A DNA stretch of 64,000 nt from Nannocystales bacterium (GCA_050633305.1 JBOEGF010000020.1:64312-128311); one strand, 5' to 3'; shown: positions 19,783-29,460, counted from the first letter of the stretch. Notes: generated from the letters alone by a model not told the origin. Made by a program: numbers and translations.

Positions 19783-20124
19783 ATGAAGGCAACGTTCGCG
19801 TCCCTCTGCTTTGGTCTCCTCTGCTGCACGCTCCCCGCAGTCGCGCACGCCGTGCCCGTTCATCCCGTCGCGCTGTTCGCCGCGCCAACGCTCGAGGGCA
19901 CCATCAATCTCAACACCGCCGACCGCACCCAGCTCATGTTGCTGCCCGGCGTCGGGCCGGCGACTGCCGACAAGGTCCTGGCCTACCGGGACCGGCGCCG
20001 GTTTGCCCGGCCGGCCCATGTGATGCGGATCAAGGGCATCGGCAAGAAGACGTACGCGAAGCTGCGTCGATATCTGACGGTTGATGGCGACACGACATTG
20101 CACACCGTCAGACCTGCGCCATGA
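19783..20124 (+). CDS. comEA: ComEA-family helix-hairpin-helix DNA-binding protein
   Basis: INLNTA..QLMLLPGVGPATA, IKGIGKKTYAKL; signal peptide; AAGGAG RBS. Confidence 0.9.
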   Translation: MKATFASLCFGLLCCTLPAVAHAVPVHPVALFAAPTLEGTINLNTADRTQLMLLPGVGPATADKVLAYRDRRRFARPAHVMRIKGIGKKTYAKLRRYLTVDGDTTLHTVRPAP

Positions 20125-20188
20125 TTTACAGGGTCGGGGCGCAACGACAGCGGTCAGGTGCCGCTTCGTCTGCGTCGCGCCCTTTCTT

Positions 20189-20240
20189 TTTTGCCCCGGC
20201 GTTTTTGCTCCGGCCTTTTGCTCCGGCCTTTTGCTCCGGA
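20189..20240. repeat. Intergenic tandem repeat, 4 x about 13 bp TTTTGCTCCGGCC
   Basis: Seen directly between convergent genes. Confidence 0.8.
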
Positions 20241-20256
20241 ACGCGCGGGGCCGAGC

Positions 20257-20670
20257 TCATTCCCCGAGTGGCGGGACCTTCGCTTCGACGCCGAGCTCCT
20301 TCGCGACACCCGCCGCCAGCTCCTTCGCTTTGGGTGTCTCGTCCGGACACTGGCGCTCAAACGCCTCAAACACGCCGACCGACATCTCGGCCATCCTCTT
20401 GAGCCCGGCATCGAACCCGTCCTTTTCGAGTGCCCCCTCGACGGATGACTTCAGCTTTGCCCGCTCGTTCTCTTTGCCGATGAACTCCTCATACAGGGCA
20501 AGGCGCTCTGGGCAGGGCATCGTGACTGTATCGGCGCCAATCGCCGCCATCGGAGCAAGGTACTTCGCCCCCGCTTCAAACCCGACGTCCTCGGGGCTCT
20601 GACAACCCAAGGCTTGTGTCAGTACCAGCAGCCCAACGGCTACACCCACGCAACGCGAAAACGGGTTCAC
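20257..20670 (-). CDS. Hypothetical lipoprotein
   Basis: Lipobox ALGC; helical body. Confidence 0.7.
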   Translation of the reverse strand: MNPFSRCVGVAVGLLVLTQALGCQSPEDVGFEAGAKYLAPMAAIGADTVTMPCPERLALYEEFIGKENERAKLKSSVEGALEKDGFDAGLKRMAEMSVGVFEAFERQCPDETPKAKELAAGVAKELGVEAKVPPLGE

Positions 20671-20732
20671 ATACAGGCAGGACGCCCAGAATCGCCCCAG
20701 GTTGCAGTCTTTCGGGCTGATACCCTCCGCAC

Positions 20733-21830
20733 GTGCAGACCTTCGTGCGCACGATCGCCCTCGCTGGATTCGCGCTGCTCCTCGCTTGCGGGCACAAGCC
20801 GCCGTACCGGGTCGGTGAACAACCCCCCGCCGAGTCGCTCATGCAGCGCACCGAGCCCCAGCTCTCGGCGATTGCGGTGCCCGATGCGCAGATCACCCTC
20901 GACCGCGTCGTCCGGGCCGACCTCCAGCTGCTCGCACAGACCGATGCACGCTTCCGCGCGACCGTCACCAAGGCCGGAAACGAGCTCGTCACGCTGGCCT
21001 TTTCCGAGGACGGCTACGCGATGCGCTACAAGCTGGACGAGATCCCCACCGGCTTCTACTCCGGTCCAGCCGACCCGTGCGCGGTCCAAGCCGTGCTCGG
21101 TGTTCCGCTCTCCTACGACGGGCTGGTGGCCCTCGTGCTCGGCGGTGCCCCGATCATCGAAGGCAGCACCCTCGCCAAGCAGAAGTGGGACCGCAAGCGC
21201 GGATACGAGGTTCTCACGCTCTCGGGCGCCGGGTATGTGCAGGAGCTGTGGTTCGGCTGGGTCGACGGCGGTTGGGTGTTCGCGGGAGGACAACTGTGGG
21301 AGGGCAGCCTCGATGCGAGGGGGCAATGGCTGTTTACCTTTGAGCACGACAGGCACGAGCAAGTCGGCGGTGTGCTCCTCCCCGGGCGCACCAAGGTCCG
21401 AGCGCCGGGCAAGAAGCGCAACCACCTCATCGTCCTGTCCTACAAGGACAGGAACGCCAATCCTCCGTGGTCGAAGTCATCCGCGACCAGCGAAGATGGC
21501 GGAGATGGCGGAGATGGCGGAGATGGCGGAGATGGCGGAGATGGCGACGACGACGGTCGCTGGGAGAATGGCGACGACAACGACGGTGGCTGGGAGAATG
21601 GCGACGACAACGACGGCGGCTGGGAGAATGAGGACGAGCCGACCGCGCCCGCATCGAGCGGAACTGAGCCCGAGGAGCCCCCCGCACCACCCCCCTCCGG
21701 CGTGCTTGCAGCGGTCCTCGACGCCACCGGGCCCGAGCCCAAATCCACCGCCCCTGCCACATCCCCAGTCCCCGCGGTGTTCACGATCAACGCGAATGGC
21801 CTCACGGACCGCGGCGATCTCTGCCGCTGA
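20733..21830 (+). CDS. Lipoprotein (LolB/DUF4292-like fold suspected) with acidic repeat insert
   Basis: Lipobox LLAC; beta-rich domain; GGD and GWENGDDND repeats. Confidence 0.7.
   Translation: MQTFVRTIALAGFALLLACGHKPPYRVGEQPPAESLMQRTEPQLSAIAVPDAQITLDRVVRADLQLLAQTDARFRATVTKAGNELVTLAFSEDGYAMRYKLDEIPTGFYSGPADPCAVQAVLGVPLSYDGLVALVLGGAPIIEGSTLAKQKWDRKRGYEVLTLSGAGYVQELWFGWVDGGWVFAGGQLWEGSLDARGQWLFTFEHDRHEQVGGVLLPGRTKVRAPGKKRNHLIVLSYKDRNANPPWSKSSATSEDGGDGGDGGDGGDGGDGDDDGRWENGDDNDGGWENGDDNDGGWENEDEPTAPASSGTEPEEPPAPPPSGVLAAVLDATGPEPKSTAPATSPVPAVFTINANGLTDRGDLCR
21494..21635 (+). repeat. Coding tandem repeats (9-bp GATGGCGGA x5; 30-bp GWENGDDNDG x3)
   Basis: Seen directly. Confidence 0.9.
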
Positions 21831-21936
21831 GCCCCGTTGGCCCAGGAATCCGGCCCAGTCGGGCCAACACAGCCCGTTGGCGGACTTTTTCGAGCCCCCG
21901 TAGATCGGTCTGCGTGGATGTTCGTTCGGGCGAAAG

Positions 21937-22536
21937 GTGAAGGCCGACGACATCCGTATCCCCAAGCCGTGCAACGAGGACTGGGGCCGGATGACACCCG
22001 AGCAGCGCGGTCGGTTCTGCGGGGCGTGCCAGAAGAAGGTTCACGACCTGTCCGCCATGTCCGAGGCTGAAGCCAAGGGCGTGTTGGACTCTCAGGGCGA
22101 CATCTGCGTCTCCTACTTGTCGGATGAGAGCGGGGTCGTCCAGTTCCAACCCGACCGCATCGTCCCCGTAGGGCGCCTCTTCCGACGGGCTTCCGCCACC
22201 GCCGCCGCCGGTCTGTCCCTCGCACTCGCAGCCTGTGCCCCCCACGGGAAGGGCCCCGAGATCGACGACGCCGAGACCGAGCAACCCGCGTTCCTCGAGG
22301 TTCACCCCTCTATCCCGGATGCCGAGCCATGCGATGCCGCGCCGCCCGAGGAGATGATTCGGACCTTGGGAGCACCCATCGCCGTCCCCGAAGAACTCAT
22401 CCGTACCAAGGGCGACTACGCTCCGCCTCCGCCGGAGCCTACGCCGACCCAGTCCGTCCGGAAGAAGGGCACCCGGAAGCGGACCGCCGGCAAACCGATC
22501 CCCAAGGGCAGCAGAGATCCGCTCGGCGGGCTCTGA
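21937..22536 (+). CDS. Hypothetical protein with N-terminal PCxEDWxxM...FCxxCxKxVHDLS metal-binding module
   Basis: IPKPCNEDWGRMTP, RFCGACQKKVHDLS, internal hydrophobic LAAC segment. Confidence 0.8.
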   Translation: MKADDIRIPKPCNEDWGRMTPEQRGRFCGACQKKVHDLSAMSEAEAKGVLDSQGDICVSYLSDESGVVQFQPDRIVPVGRLFRRASATAAAGLSLALAACAPHGKGPEIDDAETEQPAFLEVHPSIPDAEPCDAAPPEEMIRTLGAPIAVPEELIRTKGDYAPPPPEPTPTQSVRKKGTRKRTAGKPIPKGSRDPLGGL

Positions 22537-22595
22537 CCCTCTCCATCCGAGCGCTCGCATAGATTGGGACCCGGCTTCGTTCGTTGAGCGGACAC

Positions 22596-22715
22596 GTGAA
22601 GGCCACCGAGATTCAGATCCCCGAGCCCTGCGACGAGGACTGGGACGCGATGACCCCGGCCGAGCGGGGGCGCAAGTCGCCGCCCAAGCCAGCCCAGAGC
22701 CTCTACGCCTTATAG
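22596..22715 (+). pseudogene. Truncated tandem paralog of the 21937 gene
   Basis: VKATEIQIPEPCDEDWDAMTPAERGR then unrelated sequence and stop. Confidence 0.75.
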
Positions 22716-23272
22716 GGCCGATACGCGTAGTACTTCGGCCGATCATCCAAGCGAACGTGGAGCCACGGCACGCCGCCACCGGCCGTGCTGAGCCAGGCAG
22801 GACGGTCTCCCGCGCGTTCCAGCGTGGCGCTCGCGCTCCGGTGCCACAGTGCGTCTCGCTGTTCCGCCGGGGCGTCTCGAACGAAATCGGCGAGGTGGCA
22901 ATAGCAATCCCGCTCCACCGCCGGGCTTGGCACGACCAAGATCGCATCCCCGCCTAGGTTCGGGATCACCAGCACCGCCTCTGTCGGGTTCGCCTCGAAG
23001 TGCTCCGCGAACGCCGAAGACCGCTGGCGTCTGTTCAACCCCGGGTCGTCGACAACCACGGCCTCGAAGCCCTCGTCCAAGCTCGACGTCGTGATCCGGG
23101 GCATCTCCCACCGGAACGATTGCAACGGAACCGCAGCGAGGGCCTCGTTCCATTCCGACCGGAACCCTCCGTCATCCCTCAACGCATGCAGGACCTCGCG
23201 CACCGTCCCCGGCGTCTCCAGCTGCATGCGCAGCACCCCGGTCGACAGCGTCTCGAAACGAATCAGCGCCAC
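22703..23272 (-). CDS. DUF6940-like conserved protein
   Basis: NLGGDAILVVP, HLADFVRDAP, WLSTAGGGVPWLHVRLDDRPKYY; GTG start overlaps upstream stop. Confidence 0.75.
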   Translation of the reverse strand: MALIRFETLSTGVLRMQLETPGTVREVLHALRDDGGFRSEWNEALAAVPLQSFRWEMPRITTSSLDEGFEAVVVDDPGLNRRQRSSAFAEHFEANPTEAVLVIPNLGGDAILVVPSPAVERDCYCHLADFVRDAPAEQRDALWHRSASATLERAGDRPAWLSTAGGGVPWLHVRLDDRPKYYAYRPYKA

Positions 23273-23997
23273 CGGGGTACACGTCGGTCCGTGCTGTAGA
23301 CCACGCCAGAGGGTTTCCAGCCGCCTTTGCGCCGCATCTCGAACAGCCCAAACCGAACGTCGAACGCGAGCTCGGTCATCAGCTGGGGCGCCAGGACCGA
23401 AGCCGTGAACCCCCATCGCCGCGTGCCTGCCCGGAGGTGGAGCCCGCCGCCCAGCTTCCACCGGATGATCGAAGGGTTGGTGTCGGGGTCGGGTGGATCT
23501 TGGCCAGGGTCCTTGATCCGGGCGCGGAGCAAGCCGAAGTCGAAGCCCCCACTGAGCCAGTGGTTGCCCAGGCTCAGGCTCGACAGCATCCAGTGGTCGC
23601 GCTGCGAGAACGATTCCGTCTTCGGGTCCCCATCGACCTCGGGCGGTGGGTAGAACGTTTGCCGGTAGTGCACCCCCCACTCCACGTGACGCATCCGGAG
23701 GAACGCCAGCGAAACCTCGGGTGACAGCTGCGGGAGTCGCTGGTCGGGAAGCCAGTGTGTCTGCAATCCCACCACCAAGTGATCGAGGATGCCCAGGTGC
23801 AGACGGAGCGCGTACAGGTGCGGCCATCCTCCTGCCGCGCTGACTTTCAGCACTCCGTGATCCACGAACCGCGCGCTGGTAGGCACGTGACGCGTCAGGT
23901 AGCGGCGCAGCGGCGGCGTGTCCACCGAGGGCGCAGCTTCCACCCTTGCGTCGGCCGGCGCCATCAGCACCACACTGCTGAGCACGGCCGCGAGCAC
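23263..23997 (-). CDS. Secreted / outer-membrane beta-barrel hypothetical protein
   Basis: Signal peptide (APADA); alternating hydrophobic strands. Confidence 0.65.
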   Translation of the reverse strand: MLAAVLSSVVLMAPADARVEAAPSVDTPPLRRYLTRHVPTSARFVDHGVLKVSAAGGWPHLYALRLHLGILDHLVVGLQTHWLPDQRLPQLSPEVSLAFLRMRHVEWGVHYRQTFYPPPEVDGDPKTESFSQRDHWMLSSLSLGNHWLSGGFDFGLLRARIKDPGQDPPDPDTNPSIIRWKLGGGLHLRAGTRRWGFTASVLAPQLMTELAFDVRFGLFEMRRKGGWKPSGVVYSTDRRVPRWR

Positions 23998-24369
23998 GGG
24001 AGCATTGAATCGCCGAACGGGTCACCGAAGCAACGCTTTTCTTCGGTGCGGTGGGACAGATTCCCCCTCGCCCTCGCGCCTGCCGCCCACGACATCAGTC
24101 GATGCTCCACTCAGGATCGAGCTCGAGTCGTCGAGCCCGCACACCGAGAACCGGCCCGCAGCGTCTCGCCCAAGTGCTCGTCTTGCCGAGCGCCGTCCTG
24201 CGATTGCGCCGGCGAGCCGCGCATCGATCCCAGTGGCGCGCTGCAGAACCCCTCCTGCCACACCCGAACGCGACAGCGTCTTCGTCTAGACGCGAAATCG
24301 TGAGCAAAATCCACGAGCTGGACCGCCTCAGGACGTCCGAATGATCGTTTGCGTGGCTAGAGTGTCCGC

Positions 24370-25563
24370 ATGTCCGCGAAGCCGCTCAACAAAGAGATCT
24401 ACATCGTCGCCGCCAAGCGCACCCCGTTTGGCACCTTCGGGGGCAAGCTCAAGGACCTCAGCGCGATCGACCTCGGCGTCATCGCTTCCAAGGCCGCGCT
24501 CGAGACCGGCGGTGTCGACCCCAACATCGTCGACCACGTCGTGGTGGGCAACGTCGCTCAGACCTCGGCCGACGCCATCTACATGGCGCGCCACATTGGT
24601 CTGAAGTCCGGCATCCCCATCGAGACCCCCGCCCTCACCGTCAACCGCCTGTGCGGCTCCGGCTTCCAGTCCGTCGTCAACGGTGCCCAGCAGATCCTGC
24701 TCGGTGACGCCGAAGTCGTCATGACCGGTGGTGCCGAAAACATGAGCCAGGCGCCGTTCAGCGCCCGCGGCATCCGCTTCGGCATCCGCCTGGGCAAAGC
24801 GCCCGAGCTCGAGGACACCCTGTGGAGCTCCCTCTCCGACCCGCACGCGGGTTGTGCCATGGGTGTGACCGCCGAGAACCTCGCCAAGAAATACGACATC
24901 ACCCGCGAGCAGGCGGATGAGTATGGTCTGCGCAGCCAGAAAGCTTGGGCCAACGCTCAGGAGAACGGCTACTTCAAGGCCGAGCTTGCCCCGGTCGAGC
25001 TCAAGAGCCGCAAGGGCACCTCCATGTTCGAGGTCGACGAGCACGCGCGACCCGACGCCAACATCGAGAGCATGGCCAAGCTTCGCCCCAACTTCGGTGG
25101 GGTTGTGACCGCAGCCAATGCTTCGGGCATTGGTGATGGCGCAGGTGCCATCATTCTCGCGAGCGGCGATGCCGTGAAGAAGCATGGCCTGACTCCGCTT
25201 GCGCGTTTGGTGCAGTGGGGCATCACGGGCGTTGAGCCGACGATCATGGGCATTGGTCCTGTGTCGTCGATCAAGTCTGCACTGGATCGTTCGGGCCTTG
25301 GGTTGAACGACATGGATCTTGTGGAGATCAACGAGGCGTTTGCTCCGCAGTACCTCGCTTGCGAGAAGGAGCTGGAGCTCGACCGCAGCAAGGTGAACGT
25401 CAACGGTGGCGCCATCGCCATGGCTCACCCGCTTGCGGCTTCGGGGTCGCGGATCACGACGCACCTCGTGCACGAGTTGAAGCGGCGTGACGGGAAGTAT
25501 GCGGTCGGCTCGGCTTGCATCGGCGGCGGTCAGGGGATCGCGGTCGTGCTCGAGAAGGCGTAG
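24370..25563 (+). CDS. Acetyl-CoA C-acyltransferase (thiolase)
   Basis: RTPFG, NRLCGSG, EINEAFA, NGGAIAMAHP, CIGGGQG. Confidence 0.96.
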   Translation: MSAKPLNKEIYIVAAKRTPFGTFGGKLKDLSAIDLGVIASKAALETGGVDPNIVDHVVVGNVAQTSADAIYMARHIGLKSGIPIETPALTVNRLCGSGFQSVVNGAQQILLGDAEVVMTGGAENMSQAPFSARGIRFGIRLGKAPELEDTLWSSLSDPHAGCAMGVTAENLAKKYDITREQADEYGLRSQKAWANAQENGYFKAELAPVELKSRKGTSMFEVDEHARPDANIESMAKLRPNFGGVVTAANASGIGDGAGAIILASGDAVKKHGLTPLARLVQWGITGVEPTIMGIGPVSSIKSALDRSGLGLNDMDLVEINEAFAPQYLACEKELELDRSKVNVNGGAIAMAHPLAASGSRITTHLVHELKRRDGKYAVGSACIGGGQGIAVVLEKA

Positions 25564-25582
25564 GTCGGAGGCGCGCAAGCGT

Positions 25583-25621
25583 TCGAAAGCGGCCGGCGCG
25601 AGAGCGCTCGGCCGCTTTCGA
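25583..25621. terminator. Strong hairpin between convergent genes, probable terminator
   Basis: TCGAAAGCGGCCG...CGGCCGCTTTCGA 13-bp stem plus inner GCGC/GCGC. Confidence 0.65.
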
Positions 25622-25666
25622 CTTCCCTCGGACGGCACACGAATGCCCGCGACCTCAGCGTTTTCT

Positions 25667-26143
25667 TCAGCTCAAGCGATAGAGGTCGTCAGGCAAGTGA
25701 TCGAACACCCCCGACTCACCCGCCGAGTAGACCATGATCGTGAAGTCGTAGCTGCAGAGCAGCACCGTCGACAGGCGGCGGATCCCCAGAGAAACCAGAG
25801 ATTGTGACTTCAGCCAGGCGTCGAGCAGGCCGTCCACCTGGTCGCGGTCGAGTGCTCTAACGCTGACGGCATCGTCCGTCTCTTCGATCAGCTCGAGCCC
25901 AACTTGCTCGTGCATGCTCCACAGCCAACTCCGCAGAGGGGCGGCCAGCCGCACGAACTCTCTTTGTTGTCCTCGACTCGCAGCGCAGTCGAAGACGAAA
26001 GGGATCGTCTCGCATTCTTTCTCGCTCAGCCAGTGGTCGAAGACGCTCACCGCACCAGCCGCACCAGGGGCCCCCTCATCCTCCCGTTCCCAGGGGAATG
26101 GTCGTGGGCCGAAGACGTCAAACAGCCAAGATTCGTCGTTCAC
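25667..26143 (-). CDS. Hypothetical protein
   Basis: Protein-like composition, fits minus-strand gene run. Confidence 0.6.
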   Translation of the reverse strand: MNDESWLFDVFGPRPFPWEREDEGAPGAAGAVSVFDHWLSEKECETIPFVFDCAASRGQQREFVRLAAPLRSWLWSMHEQVGLELIEETDDAVSVRALDRDQVDGLLDAWLKSQSLVSLGIRRLSTVLLCSYDFTIMVYSAGESGVFDHLPDDLYRLS

Positions 26144-26154
26144 GATCAGCCCCT

Positions 26155-26652
26155 TTACACATCACTCGGTCCATGCGGGGAGCTCGAAAGAATGCCCGCG
26201 TGGTCGCAAATGGGCCCACAGTCTGGCCCATTGGGTGCCGAGGTCTCGTACTCGAATGTTCCCGCCTCTTCCAGCACTTGGTCTCCGCCCAAGTTCACCC
26301 GCAGGGCGTAGGTCGCGGGAAGGTCACCCCGCCCACCCGACGAGAACTCGACGGTCCCCCCCGTGGCCACTCCCGGGGTGCCGCGCCAGACGACGACGTC
26401 CAGCGGGGTCTCCTGCGGGCCCTCACGCTCGCACCCGTCCTCGCCGGGACTGCACGTGATCGACCACGTATCGACTCCCAGTTCGAGGGTTATCTCGATC
26501 ATCGCCTCGGGGAGAGGGCTGTCGTCAGCTGTTTCGACGGTGATCGCGCCACCGTTGCTGCAGTCCGCCAGGGTGCATGTCTGAGCGTCGTCGCAGGCAA
26601 GACAGGGCGCACTAAGCAGGAATGAGGCGATGGCGAGTCGGCGAAGCCGCAT
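26155..26652 (-). CDS. Hypothetical lipoprotein
   Basis: MRLRRLAIASFLLSAPCLAC lipobox; CTLADC, PNGPDCGPIC. Confidence 0.75.
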   Translation of the reverse strand: MRLRRLAIASFLLSAPCLACDDAQTCTLADCSNGGAITVETADDSPLPEAMIEITLELGVDTWSITCSPGEDGCEREGPQETPLDVVVWRGTPGVATGGTVEFSSGGRGDLPATYALRVNLGGDQVLEEAGTFEYETSAPNGPDCGPICDHAGILSSSPHGPSDV

Positions 26653-26744
26653 TGGACGGTCCGTGGTGGTCGTGTCCTCTGGATCGCAAACGATCGCGCA
26701 AGGACGGTCTTTTCGTTTCACATCGAGTGCTCGGCCCGGCCACA

Positions 26745-27485
26745 TCAGCGGGCAAAATCGAGGTCGGCCTTGGGCACCCATTCTGGCGCGAACAGCCAAA
26801 CCCACACGTCCCAGCCGCCGAAGAAATACCCCCACGCCGTCACCGCCGCCCAGGCGAGAAGCCCTACGCACACCGCGCCCCCCAGTTCCAATCCGCTTTG
26901 CGAGGTGGAGCGGGTCAACCAGCGATAGGTTTTCCAGTGGCCACGGGCGATGGCGACCATCGCCACCGGCAGGAGCCACTGAATCCAGACCCAACCCCAG
27001 CTCCACTTGATCAAGCTGTCGGTGAAGGCCGCCAGAAGCAGGAACGTGCTCGCCGCGACCAACACGGAGGCGCGGCGGACGAAATGAGCAGCAACCCACT
27101 GTAAGCCCAGCAAGAGTGCGACCGGTACGGCGAACGACTGCCATGAGAAAACGACCTCCCCGATGGCCCACGGAGCCAAGACCGCGGCAATCTTGGCGCG
27201 TAGCTTGAGCTGCTGTGAAACCAGCACATCGCCATAGCCTAGGAAGAACTCATGAAGACTCTCCCAGGGCCCCTCACCCACCCTGAAGACCCGCATCTTG
27301 CCACCCACCTGGGCCTTGAGCAGTTGGTCGCCGGGGAGCGGCGTTGCGTATCGCAGGAGGTCCGCAGCCGGCACAGAGAACTCTGTCGTCTTTCTGCCAT
27401 GCCGAAAGAACTTCGCGCGGTCTTCGTCGACGACCAGAGTCCACGGCGTCTTCCGCTCGAAGAAATCAATCTCGAGTTTGGTCAT
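26745..27485 (-). CDS. Hypothetical membrane protein (soluble N-domain plus about 5 TM)
   Basis: AGGAGG RBS before ATG; hydrophobic C-terminal half. Confidence 0.7.
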   Translation of the reverse strand: MTKLEIDFFERKTPWTLVVDEDRAKFFRHGRKTTEFSVPAADLLRYATPLPGDQLLKAQVGGKMRVFRVGEGPWESLHEFFLGYGDVLVSQQLKLRAKIAAVLAPWAIGEVVFSWQSFAVPVALLLGLQWVAAHFVRRASVLVAASTFLLLAAFTDSLIKWSWGWVWIQWLLPVAMVAIARGHWKTYRWLTRSTSQSGLELGGAVCVGLLAWAAVTAWGYFFGGWDVWVWLFAPEWVPKADLDFAR

Positions 27486-27550
27486 CGGCCCTCCTGGCGG
27501 TCCACATCGTAGCCCTTGGTCGCGGGGAGAGGGGCAAGTTTCTCCCTGAC

Positions 27551-28330
27551 CTACGCGGCCGGGAGTAAGTCGAAGGGGACCGGCTCGGTCATCACCTTGT
27601 GGCACCGCCGCATCCGAGCCGTGCCGCCGGAAACACCACGTCACGCAGCCCCGCGTTCCAGCGGGCGAGCGCAAGCCTGTAGTCCTGCAAGAACCGCCGC
27701 CGCAGCCGCCTCATCCTGCTTCGCTGCTCCCGAGTCTGCGTCGAAGACGTCGGCTGCCGGCCAAACAGCTTCTCCCCCTTCACCGGGACAGTCGACCGAG
27801 GGATGCTCCGGGCGACCTTCATCCCGAGCACCGGCTTCCCTCCGCGCTCGACTCGAATCTTTGCCTTGCGCCCCCTCCGCCCCTCGGAAATCTTCGTGCG
27901 GAGTTCCTCATCGGACAGCTCAGGAAGGATCCTCGGCCGGTCGAGCATCAGCACAGCCGTCTCAGGCACCGTCGAGCGGTCGGCGAAGGCAGCCCGGCCA
28001 GAACGCTGCGAACTCCGGCGGTGTTTGTGCCGCTGCTTCTTCGACCAGATCCCGATGCGCGGCTTCGCGATGATGTACTTCCCGCTCTCGCCGTGAATCG
28101 AGTTCAGCGCACGCGCGACGAGGGCATTGGAATCCTGAAGGAACTTGCAGACTCGCCAGAACCGGTCGTAGAACTCCATGCCCCACTCTTCCCTGTACCT
28201 TGAGGACACAACCGGGAAGGCAAACCGGACGACCTCGTTGACACATTTTTTGGGGACCAGCCGGTAGCTGCAGTGAACCGCGCGAACGGTGAGGGACAGC
28301 GTGGTGTCAGGATAGAGGTCTCGGGGCATC
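27551..28330 (-). pseudogene. Inactivated copy of HUH/Y1 (RAYT-like) transposase
   Basis: Aligns with 36545-37531 but lacks 14 codons (HYH motif) and 53 codons (catalytic Tyr region), and has a 1-nt frameshift near the 3' end. Confidence 0.9.
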
Positions 28331-28485
28331 GACAGTGCCCAACAAATGTCGACCGCGGCCCCCATTCGTTGCACGAAGCACGTCTTCCAGGCAGATTCTG
28401 CCCTCCTCGCCTTAGCAGTCCGGCGTCACGGCCTCGGCCAAGGGTCAGAGGCGCGAGTTCACGTCGAACCATTTCCCACATTTCC

Positions 28486-29067
28486 CTAAGCGTCCAGAAA
28501 CCTTATCTCCCGAACATCCTCCTCAGTTCCACCATAGCTCCTCAGTGTCTCCCTCAACCAAATGGGGAACATTCCTGCCTCCATCTTGAATTCCCCTCTA
28601 TTGGGCTCAAATACCAACACGGAAGACCGCGTCTGCCTCTGCCCCTCAACCCTGAACAGATATGCCGCAACAGCATGTTTCCCATTGCCATAGCGAGGAC
28701 AGGTAAAAGCAAAATACAAACCACCTCCCTTCACCCGCCACTTCGACTGGACATCACGCCGATACGACAAGTAACAATCCACCCCCTCCAGCTTGTACTG
28801 CTTGTGAGTAAAGGTCATTAAATCGGCGCCATTATGGCGATCCATTGCTTTGCCAACAGTGCGTTCCAACGCAAGCGAATCCATCCTCGCCTCGGGACTA
28901 TCATACCGCACAGCCTGGGTACTTAGTCGCTTGAGCCACTTCCAGCACAGCTCCTGACATATCCCTTTCGAAGCGTGAGTACCTTTCAGGCTAGGATCAG
29001 TCTCAACAGCCTTCCTGAGGACCCCAGACTGATTAAATGGTGCAGTGAGATATTTGTCCAGATTCAT
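28486..29067 (-). CDS. YopT/AvrPphB-type (peptidase C58) cysteine protease
   Basis: FNQS...GICQELCWKW (Cys), KHAVAAY (His), VFEPNRGEF (cf. FDPNxGEF); visibly AT-richer than flanks. Confidence 0.7.
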   Translation of the reverse strand: MNLDKYLTAPFNQSGVLRKAVETDPSLKGTHASKGICQELCWKWLKRLSTQAVRYDSPEARMDSLALERTVGKAMDRHNGADLMTFTHKQYKLEGVDCYLSYRRDVQSKWRVKGGGLYFAFTCPRYGNGKHAVAAYLFRVEGQRQTRSSVLVFEPNRGEFKMEAGMFPIWLRETLRSYGGTEEDVREIRFLDA

Positions 29068-29460
29068 ATCGCGTTGGCCTTGGAGGCGGTTGTTCTGGCT
29101 CCCATCGGCCCGAATGTGGTAGCTCCCGGAGCGCGAAGGACCTTGAGGATGTGACGCTCGTCGCCATCCGCTTGTGGCTTGTGGCTTGTGGTGGTCGACC
29201 TGGCAGAATTCGCTCGGCAGGATCACGCCGTAGTTGTGGCAAGGAATCGTGCGGACCGTTTTCAGCGTTGTAGCGCCGAACGAGGTCATGTACGGGATGT
29301 CTCGCGGCGCCTGTTTCTAGAACGAAGTCCACGTAGGGTGGTCCGCGCCGACGTACATCTTGTCGATCTCCCTGGCTAGATCCTGGAGTTGGTCCCAGGT
29401 TGCACACAGTGTGCCGCCGGGGACCAGGTTCCTTACGGCTGTAGCGCCGGCGTTCACCAT
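29064..29460 (-). pseudogene. Degraded gene with HNH-like motif
   Basis: PCHNYGVILPSEFCQVDHHKPQ; in-frame TAG near 29318; 7-bp CCACAAG duplication shifts the frame; restored frame ends at the protease start. Confidence 0.45.
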
